The notes under the pieces were generated by a model that saw only the letters and a program-made list of their open reading frames with translations, was not told where the DNA came from and did not search any database. From Pseudothermotoga sp. (GTDB lineage: Bacteria; Thermotogota; Thermotogae; Thermotogales; DSM-5069), in NCBI GenBank assembly GCA_031962025.1, contig JAVRKW010000006.1: a stretch of 44,266 nucleotides of DNA, one strand, 5' to 3'. Positions 37,725 to 44,266 of this stretch are shown one piece after another; positions within the stretch are counted from its first letter, which is position 1, and the number at the start of each line of letters is the position of its first letter. The translations under genes and the position numbers were made by a program.

Positions 37725-38627
37725 TCAGTAAGAGATGTTTTCAGTCTTTGAAATTTTGATCTGCAGATAACTGAAAGACATGATTATCAGGAAAAGAATC
37801 ACGCTCATCGCGCTTGCTCGTCCGATCTGCCGGTCTCTGATGGCTGTGTTGTATATGCTGAGTGTGATAACGTCAATTGGCTTGAGCGGTGCACCTCCCT
37901 GAACAAACAGATACTGTGTGCTGAAGGTTCTCAGACACTGAATCATTGACATAACTGAGACCAGAAGTGTGGTTGGCTTTATCAGTGGCAGGGTAATGTA
38001 CCAAAAATCCTGCCATTTGGTTGCTCCATCTATTATGGCAGCTTCGTGAACAGATCTTGGGATACTCGCCATACCGGCAACAAAAATTATCGTGAAATAA
38101 CCAACGTATTTCCAAAAGTAAACTATTATCGTTGCGAGCCTCAGCATATTCTCATTTGAAAGCCAGTGATAATCGATTCCTTTTGTGTTGAAAATAAAGT
38201 TCAGAAACTGGTTGGACAATCCCCTTGGGTCGAAAATCAAAAGCCAGATCGATGCCGCTACGACTGATGACAAAACTGCAGGTGAGTAATATGCCATCTG
38301 CAAGAATTTTTGAAATCTTTTTCTGGTGAGGATCAAAGCCGCAAAAGCCAGACTGAATAAAACCATCGGTACAAAGGTTCCAAAAGCAAATATAGATGTT
38401 GCCTTGATCGAGTTCCAGAAAGCCTCCGATTTGAAAAGATATAGATAGTTATTAAAACCCACGAACTTTGGTGGTTTGAGCGACAAAAGTTCTTTTTTGA
38501 AAAAACTCGTCCAAAATGCGTTTGCCATTGGATAAAAACTGAAGATTGCAAAAAAAATTATAGCAGGCAGAGTAAATACAAATCCCCAAAGTGCTTTTTT
38601 CCTTTCCAAGGTTCGCAAACCTACCAC
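37725..38627 (-). CDS. Carbohydrate ABC transporter permease (MalF-like)
   Basis: FVGFNNY, IPRSVHEAAIIDGA; start may be TTG 38618. Confidence 0.92.
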   Translation of the reverse strand: MVGLRTLERKKALWGFVFTLPAIIFFAIFSFYPMANAFWTSFFKKELLSLKPPKFVGFNNYLYLFKSEAFWNSIKATSIFAFGTFVPMVLFSLAFAALILTRKRFQKFLQMAYYSPAVLSSVVAASIWLLIFDPRGLSNQFLNFIFNTKGIDYHWLSNENMLRLATIIVYFWKYVGYFTIIFVAGMASIPRSVHEAAIIDGATKWQDFWYITLPLIKPTTLLVSVMSMIQCLRTFSTQYLFVQGGAPLKPIDVITLSIYNTAIRDRQIGRASAMSVILFLIIMSFSYLQIKISKTENISY

Positions 38628-38632
38628 CTCAG

Positions 38633-38660
38633 AAAAAGGTGGGTATAACCCACCTTTTTT
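38633..38660 (-). terminator. Intra-operon terminator or stabiliser hairpin after the SBP gene
   Basis: AAAAAGGTGGGT-at-AACCCACCTTTTT hairpin between the SBP and permease genes. Confidence 0.65.
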
Positions 38661-38662
38661 GT

Positions 38663-39928
38663 TTATTCTTCCTGGAGAAGTTCATTTGCTTTCTTTTTGA
38701 GAATTTTCAAAGCTTCCTCTGGTGTTGTATTTGTCAACATCACAGATTCGACAGCTTCTTTGATCAGTTGTTCAAACTGTGGTCCTTTTGGATGAAGTGG
38801 AACAATATGAGCTTTTTCCATATCCTGAAGGAAAACTTCTGCATACGGATAATTTTTGAATGTATCGGATTCGATCAGAGATTTCTTTGGCTGTATGAGA
38901 CCAACATTCAGCAAGTAATCCTGCGGGTGGCTCAGCATGTAATTTATGAATTTCCATGCCCACTGTTGCTTTTCTTTTGAGCTTTCTTTGTTGACCATGT
39001 AATAATGTCCATAATAATTGCATCTGACATCCCTGACGGCATCTTTGAAAACAGGGAATGGTATGACCATCCATTCTTTGCTGTTGTAAAAGGCAGGATT
39101 TTCTGCTTTGATTCTGTCTATCTGGTACAAGCCAGACAGGCACATTGCAACGGTGTTGTTGTCTTTATTGAATTCTTTTCTTGCAGGGTTGTAGGTTGGG
39201 GAACCGAGGTTCTTTCCATTTGGTCCCCAGTCTTTCATGAATTTCAGTGCTTTTAGCCATGCTTCATCATTTACAATCGCTGTTTTTAAATCTTCGCTGA
39301 ACAGTGCTCCTCCAAGCTGTTCGACCATTGGCAAGAAGAAAGTTAAATAATATGGGTATCGAAAGTCAAAACCCCTTCTTTTTATGATCTGCCCTTCTCT
39401 TATTACCAGTTTCTCGCTGATCTGTACCATTTCTTCCCACGTTTTTGGATAATCTTTTTCTGGATCAAGCCCTACTTCTTTGAAATACTTTTTGTTGATA
39501 AAGACGCACCAGTTTGTGAGCTCTAAAGGTAAACCATAGATCTTACCCTGATATGTGACTGCATCAAGAGCACCTTCGATATACCAGTCTTTCAGTTCGT
39601 CAAAACTTTTCAAACCGAGTGCATTCAGATCCACCGGAGCAACTCTTTCATTGACGATGTACGGGTATGCATCCTGTATCTCTATGTTGAAAATGTCAGG
39701 ACCTTTGTGTGCTGCGAATGCCGTGAGCACCACTTCTCTGATCTTTGCTGATGGATAAGTCACGCGTGTGATTTTGACATTCGGATACATCTTCTCAAAT
39801 TCCTGAATATACCGCTCTTCCAAAGGAGTTCTGTTTGGATCCTCATGAGTCCAGATAGTTAACTCGATTTGAGCAGCACAGACCATTACCGCTAATGAGA
39901 ACGCCATAACCAGTGTAACCCACCTCAT
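38663..39928 (-). CDS. Carbohydrate ABC transporter substrate-binding protein
   Basis: Signal peptide; FEKMYPNVKI, GKIYGLP, PKTWEE. Confidence 0.92.
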   Translation of the reverse strand: MRWVTLVMAFSLAVMVCAAQIELTIWTHEDPNRTPLEERYIQEFEKMYPNVKITRVTYPSAKIREVVLTAFAAHKGPDIFNIEIQDAYPYIVNERVAPVDLNALGLKSFDELKDWYIEGALDAVTYQGKIYGLPLELTNWCVFINKKYFKEVGLDPEKDYPKTWEEMVQISEKLVIREGQIIKRRGFDFRYPYYLTFFLPMVEQLGGALFSEDLKTAIVNDEAWLKALKFMKDWGPNGKNLGSPTYNPARKEFNKDNNTVAMCLSGLYQIDRIKAENPAFYNSKEWMVIPFPVFKDAVRDVRCNYYGHYYMVNKESSKEKQQWAWKFINYMLSHPQDYLLNVGLIQPKKSLIESDTFKNYPYAEVFLQDMEKAHIVPLHPKGPQFEQLIKEAVESVMLTNTTPEEALKILKKKANELLQEE

Positions 39929-40219
39929 ACCAGTACCCCCTTTAAAAATTTTTGAGTAAAAGACGAATCACAAGAAAATAATACCACATAAGGCTCTGAA
40001 AAAATAAGGTTTTTTTGAACGCGTTATACTCAAACTTAAATTTATTGTAGAATATTCTTAAAGAAGGAGAGTGTCACAAAAGTTGACCAAGGTCAATTTA
40101 CAATTTCTTTCAACTTTGCGTCTTGATGAGTGAAAAACTCACACATTCTTGATGAACTTCTGAATGTAGTCAAATTTCTTTACAATTGGATTGAGAATCT
40201 ATCTTTGGGAGGTGGTGGA

Positions 40220-41527
40220 ATGAAAAACAAGCTGATGTTTTTTATCCTGTCTGTGTTTTTGGGGGTTACTACTGTTTTCTGTCAGTATTCGAACAGCTTT
40301 CAGACTTACGACGTTTTTGTTTACTCAAAATATCCTGTGGGTTCCATCTGGGGTGATCCGCTACCTGACGCTCCCGCATTAGCTTTAAGAGGAAAATATT
40401 TAGTCGGTGTACAAACCCTTGAATTAATCAATCCTGGACAGATCGATATTCTCAGAACCATAGCGGAGAATTCTGTGGTTGTCTATGACAGACCCCTTAA
40501 AGTTGAAATATGGTACCCTGCAATACTTGAGCCTGGACAGGTTCAATTGACTTTGTACAGTGATTTTCTCGGGAGAGCCGATAAACCCGGTACTCTGAGA
40601 CCTTACACATTTTTGGGTAGAGCCACTCTTAACGCTTTACCAAACACACAAGATGCTCCTTATCCGCTTGTAATAATATCCCATGGATATCCAGGTTCAC
40701 GCTATCTGCTTGCGTATCTTGGGGAAAATCTCGCTTCCAAAGGCTACGTGGTCGTTTCAATAGATCATACAGATTCTACCTACAAAGATGTCAGTGGTTC
40801 TTCGAGTTTTGTGAGTACTGTTGTCAACCGTACTATCGATCAGAAGTTTGTGATACGTGAGATACTCAAGATGCCAGTCTGGAAGGACATGTGTAACCCT
40901 GACGCAGTTGGAATCATAGGTTATTCCATGGGAGCATTTGGTGCGCTAATGACTCTCGGGGCAGGACTGGATAATAATGAGATTGTTAACAGGTATTTTG
41001 GAGTATTTGCTTCCAAGTTGTTCGCCAAACCTTCCGATGAAGGCGATCCTCTTATGAAAGCCTGTGTTCTTTTTGCTCCGTGGGGTGGTGCAGTTGGTTC
41101 AGATCCTACGGGAGTGTGGAATAAAGATTCTCTTGCCAAAATAAATGTTCCAACACTGTGGATTGCTGGCTCTGAAGATGATGTTGCCGGTTACAGAGGA
41201 ATCGTGAACCTATTCAATTCAGCGGTTAATTCTAAACGCTACCTTTTGACTTATCTGAATGCTCTGCACAATGTAGCACCTCACCCAGCACCAGCGGAAG
41301 CAGTAGAATTTGATGATTACTATCGCTTTGCAGATCCTGTCTGGGATGTATGGAAAATAAATAACATAAACGAGCATTTTGTGACTGCATTTTTTGATTT
41401 CTATCTAAAAGGTGATGAAACGGCAAGAGAATACCTCAATGTCACTGCTGGAAACTGGCCCGGTTTCAAACCACGAACTAAGGTGGGAATGGAATTCAGG
41501 TTTGTTGATCCTGAAAAAGCACCATGA
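40220..41527 (+). CDS. Exported alpha/beta hydrolase (dienelactone hydrolase/PAF-AH-like)
   Basis: ISHGYPGS, LASKGYVV.SIDH, nucleophile GYSMG, GSEDD, LHN; ATG 40220 with GGAGGT RBS and signal peptide. Confidence 0.88.
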   Translation: MKNKLMFFILSVFLGVTTVFCQYSNSFQTYDVFVYSKYPVGSIWGDPLPDAPALALRGKYLVGVQTLELINPGQIDILRTIAENSVVVYDRPLKVEIWYPAILEPGQVQLTLYSDFLGRADKPGTLRPYTFLGRATLNALPNTQDAPYPLVIISHGYPGSRYLLAYLGENLASKGYVVVSIDHTDSTYKDVSGSSSFVSTVVNRTIDQKFVIREILKMPVWKDMCNPDAVGIIGYSMGAFGALMTLGAGLDNNEIVNRYFGVFASKLFAKPSDEGDPLMKACVLFAPWGGAVGSDPTGVWNKDSLAKINVPTLWIAGSEDDVAGYRGIVNLFNSAVNSKRYLLTYLNALHNVAPHPAPAEAVEFDDYYRFADPVWDVWKINNINEHFVTAFFDFYLKGDETAREYLNVTAGNWPGFKPRTKVGMEFRFVDPEKAP

Positions 41528-41539
41528 ATCTTTGAGTTT

Positions 41540-41569
41540 ATTACAGGGCGGATTCGCCCTGTAATTTTT
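41540..41569 (+). terminator. Intrinsic terminator
   Basis: ATTACAGGGCG-gatt-CGCCCTGTAAT-TTTT. Confidence 0.85.
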
Positions 41570-41738
41570 CTATCAGTCGTATGGCAATTCACTTTTTTCA
41601 ATGCAAATAGGTTTCTTTGGTAATCAAATATGGCATGTCACGCCGCAATGCTCTTTATAAAAAACAAAAAACGGTGGAATTTTTCCACCTTTGGGTGAGT
41701 AGCTGGCGCTGTTCAAAGCCAAAATTCATAAAATTAGG

Positions 41739-41814
41739 TGGCGCCCCCAAGGGGATTCGAACCCCTGCTTCTGGCTTGAAAGGCCAGTGTCCTAGGCCGC
41801 TAGACGATGGGGGC
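41739..41814 (-). tRNA. tRNA-Glu(TTC)
   Basis: Minus strand GCCCCCA...CTGGC-CTTTCAA-GCCAG...GTTCGAATC...TGGGGGC-G-CCA. Confidence 0.96.
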
Positions 41815-41826
41815 ACAACACAAGTT

Positions 41827-41855
41827 ATATTACACTATCAGTTGGATTTGGTCAA
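41827..41855 (-). promoter_or_regulatory. Sigma70 promoter of tRNA-Glu
   Basis: TTGACC-17 nt-TAATAT. Confidence 0.7.
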
Positions 41856-41864
41856 GAGGTTTTC

Positions 41865-41889
41865 AAAATAAAGGCGGCAAGCGCCGCCT
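41865..41889 (-). terminator. Terminator after tRNA-Pro
   Basis: AGGCGGC-gctt-GCCGCCT-TTATTTT on the minus strand. Confidence 0.75.
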
Positions 41890-41966
41890 GGTCGGGGCGA
41901 CTGGACTTGAACCAGCGACCTCTTGCGCCCCATGCAAGCGCGCTAGCCAAACTGCGCCACGCCCCG
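41889..41966 (-). tRNA. tRNA-Pro(GGG)
   Basis: Minus strand CGGGGCG...CTTGC-ATGGGGC-GCAAG...GTTCAAGTC...CGCCCCG-A-CCA. Confidence 0.95.
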
Positions 41967-41974
41967 CGTAACTA

Positions 41975-42003
41975 ATAATACCACTTGAGCACGAGTATTT
42001 CAA
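41975..42003 (-). promoter_or_regulatory. Sigma70 promoter of tRNA-Pro
   Basis: TTGAAA-17 nt-TATTAT with TG extension. Confidence 0.7.
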
Positions 42004-42112
42004 GATACAAATAACTCAAAATTCCAAAAAGTGCGGATTTATTGGAAACACAGAACTTATATATAGGAATTCTAACCTGTGGCTGTAAGGTTTTCAGTGT
42101 TATCAAATTTAG

Positions 42113-42140
42113 TTGACTGTTATGAATTGTGTGATATGAT
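42113..42140 (+). promoter_or_regulatory. Sigma70 promoter of rpmE
   Basis: TTGACT-16 nt-TATGAT with TG extension. Confidence 0.65.
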
Positions 42141-42179
42141 TGATAAGGTAAACAAGAAATTTGGAGAGGTGATAGAAAA

Positions 42180-42395
42180 GTGAAAGAAAAAATTCATCCC
42201 GAGATGAAGCTTGTTTCGGTGAAATGTGCTTGTGGCGCAGAACACAAATTTTATACAACTCGTGAAAATGTCAGGATTGATGTGTGTTCAAATTGCCACC
42301 CATTGTACAAAGGTCTGTCTGGTGCAAGCCTGGTAATAGACACGGAAGGTAGAATAGAAAAATTCCGCCGCAAGTATAAAGACAAACAATACTGA
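42180..42395 (+). CDS. rpmE: 50S ribosomal protein L31 (zinc-binding type)
   Basis: [30 protein letters not shown]. Confidence 0.97.
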   Translation: MKEKIHPEMKLVSVKCACGAEHKFYTTRENVRIDVCSNCHPLYKGLSGASLVIDTEGRIEKFRRKYKDKQY

Positions 42396-42427
42396 AGAGC
42401 AATACATTCTTCAAGGAGGGGCATTTT

Positions 42428-42796
42428 GTGACAAAGGTCGGAGATGTTGTGAAGAGCAAAGTAACTCAAATTACAAAGTTTGGTGCAATGGTTACACTCG
42501 AGAGTGGAGAAGCAGGTTTTATTCACATTTCCAAGATAGCCAACCAGTACGTGAAAAACGTCGAGGATTTTCTCAAGCAGGGTCAGGAAGTAACCGCAAG
42601 GGTCATCGGCAAAACTAAGGATGGCAAGTGGGAACTGTCTTTGAAGGAACAAAAAGGACCGGAAAAGGGTTCAGAGGATCAAAAAGGAACAAGCAAAGCC
42701 GAGTTTGAGAAGAAACTCGCAAAATTCATGAAGGAAAGCGAAAGAAAAATGGCGGAGTACCGCAAAAGGGTCGAGAAAAAGGGTGGGAGGTTCTAA
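42428..42796 (+). CDS. S1 RNA-binding domain protein (YabR/YugI-like)
   Basis: VTQITKFGAMV, GFIHISKIA, LSLK, FEKKLAKFMKESE. Confidence 0.9.
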   Translation: MTKVGDVVKSKVTQITKFGAMVTLESGEAGFIHISKIANQYVKNVEDFLKQGQEVTARVIGKTKDGKWELSLKEQKGPEKGSEDQKGTSKAEFEKKLAKFMKESERKMAEYRKRVEKKGGRF

Positions 42797-43995
42797 AGAA
42801 GATCCTCAAGTTTCTCTGGAAACGGTTCTGTGTTTCTGACTACAATTACTTTGGTTCCAATGTCTATTAAAGCATCCAGAGTTTCTACGTCTTGATTGAG
42901 CAAGCGCACACAACCATGGGAGATTCTCTTTCCGATCTCCCATGGTTTTGTTGTACCGTGGATGCCATATGTTGGATCCGAAAGCTGCAAAAATCTCGTT
43001 CCCAGACCGTTTATAGGTGAACGTGGCGGTATATACTCTCCATACCAGTAAAGTGCGGGATCTACTTCCTTTTTTGTGATCCAGTAGATTCCAGGTGGTG
43101 TCGTGTCGCTTTTTCCAATTGCAGCAGGAAAGGTTTTGATCAGGATCTGGTTGTAGTACAGTGCAAGGCGCGCTGTCAATGTGTTTATGACTATTGTTGT
43201 CAAAGAGCTGTTGAATTTCACTCTGGCTAATTTCAGAACAGTGCCGGCGATCAATTTATTCGAATCTTCCAAGCCGTTTACAATTTCAAGATCTGCCATT
43301 CTCAGTTTGTAATTGTTGGCTATTTCCCATAAAGTTTCGCCGGGCTTGACGGTGTGTTGATAAGGTGGAACCTGTTCTATGACAAAAGGAGCGGTATTCC
43401 CCCTGAGAAAATTGGCGACCCCTGCAAGAATGAAAATATCTCTCTGTACTTTCTTTTTCAATCCATAGGGCAATTCAAATTCGAAAGTGATTTTGTCTAT
43501 ACCATCTTTGAGTTTGTCATCGGTATAGAGATAGAGAATATCTGAGTAGGTGAAAGATCTGAACGAGGCATTTTGCAGTTGACAGTTCTTCAGTTTCCAA
43601 TCTTTGGGACTCTTTATAATAACATACAATCTTTTGTTGTTTTCAATATCGGTGAACAGAGAAATTTCCGGCTGGGCTCTGTATGAAGATACTCGCAGGA
43701 TAGATGGATCTGTACCTTTCATGATGTTTTGCAAGATGTTCTGTCCAAAAACTTCTGGTACGATCCAGTCTGTTCTCGATACGTCGAAGGTTATAACCTG
43801 CTTTGAGCTTTCCACTGGCAGTCTGTGCCCAGTTTGAGTGAGAATATAACCCTTGAATGAATCTGATGTAGAATACAGAGGTTTTACAAATAATGAGAGT
43901 CTTTCGTTTTCAAAAGACAGTACCGACAGTTCATGGTCTATTCCAAAGCTCAGCAAGTTCAAGAAGAATAGCAAGAGCAATACGACTCTTTTCAT
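42793..43995 (-). CDS. LysM-containing L,D-transpeptidase (YkuD family)
   Basis: Signal peptide; LysM HTVKPGETLWEIA; YkuD YGIHGT...SHGCVRL. Confidence 0.92.
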   Translation of the reverse strand: MKRVVLLLLFFLNLLSFGIDHELSVLSFENERLSLFVKPLYSTSDSFKGYILTQTGHRLPVESSKQVITFDVSRTDWIVPEVFGQNILQNIMKGTDPSILRVSSYRAQPEISLFTDIENNKRLYVIIKSPKDWKLKNCQLQNASFRSFTYSDILYLYTDDKLKDGIDKITFEFELPYGLKKKVQRDIFILAGVANFLRGNTAPFVIEQVPPYQHTVKPGETLWEIANNYKLRMADLEIVNGLEDSNKLIAGTVLKLARVKFNSSLTTIVINTLTARLALYYNQILIKTFPAAIGKSDTTPPGIYWITKKEVDPALYWYGEYIPPRSPINGLGTRFLQLSDPTYGIHGTTKPWEIGKRISHGCVRLLNQDVETLDALIDIGTKVIVVRNTEPFPEKLEDLL

Positions 43996-44266
43996 CGGTC
44001 CCAACTCTCTTTACCGTCCCGTCTTTCTTGAAAATGATCACGCTGTTTTGATCACTTCCCATTGCTTCGACCCTGTTTGCGACTATCATATCAAGGTTCT
44101 TTTTTTTCAGTTTTTCCTGAGCGTATTCTTCGATGGACTCTGTTTCAACGGCAAACCCGACAAGAATTTTGTTTTGCTTTCTCTCTCCCAGATATTTCAA
44201 AATATCGACAGTTTTTTTCAAAGGTATGCTCAACTGCTCTGAGTTCTTTTTTATTTTACTCTCGCT
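43931..44266 (-). CDS. coaBC: CoaBC, C-terminal part (runs off window edge)
   Basis: KIKK...LKKTVDILKYL, ILVGFAVET, AQEKLKKKNLDMIVAN; frame open to the window end. Confidence 0.9.
   Translation of the reverse strand, partial: SESKIKKNSEQLSIPLKKTVDILKYLGERKQNKILVGFAVETESIEEYAQEKLKKKNLDMIVANRVEAMGSDQNSVIIFKKDGTVKRVGTDEKSRIALAILLELAELWNRP

Noticed and set aside
41570..41738. Region past the tRNA-Glu 3' end as a possible integration site; ORF 41617-41871
   Set aside because: No integrase and no duplicated tRNA 3' end seen in the window; the ORF is antisense to the tRNA
1..44266. Numerous 60-150 aa antisense or overlapping ORFs; CRISPR arrays; prophage genes
   Set aside because: The small ORFs are shadows of well-supported genes with no motifs; no regularly spaced repeats or phage genes were seen

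Overview
Chromosomal segment (~40% GC) from a Thermotogota bacterium, probably Pseudothermotoga-like, judged from protein similarity and gene style. It is mostly housekeeping and metabolic. Left to right: a guanine-riboswitch-led purE-C-S-Q-L-F operon; a family 1 encapsulin with its ferritin-like cargo, divergent from a ferritin-VIT1/CCC1 iron transporter; a DUF6062-MoxR-DUF58-membrane protein operon behind a clear fluoride riboswitch and terminator; a MASE3-GGDEF cyclase; a GntR/ABC/PHP/GH38 mannoside locus; patB; a cold-shock protein; a phosphoesterase-argS-purB-purA-nitroreductase-argF run; an MCP; a cupin; tRNA-Met; a YhhN fusion; a chromate transporter pair; a sugar ABC set; a secreted alpha/beta hydrolase; tRNA-Glu and tRNA-Pro; rpmE; an S1 protein; a LysM L,D-transpeptidase; and partial coaBC. 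The best unannotated signals are: (1) a 210-bp protein-less IS200/IS605-type element (12531-12740) that appears to keep a TAM, left end, its own promoter, a pseudoknotted TnpB omegaRNA scaffold, a guide and a terminator; (2) a fluoride riboswitch gating a MoxR chaperone module rather than a fluoride exporter; (3) an orphan terminated non-coding unit behind a Rex-like box; (4) an MCP C-terminal relic in frame right after the mannosidase stop. All family assignments come from motif recognition and recall, not database searches.
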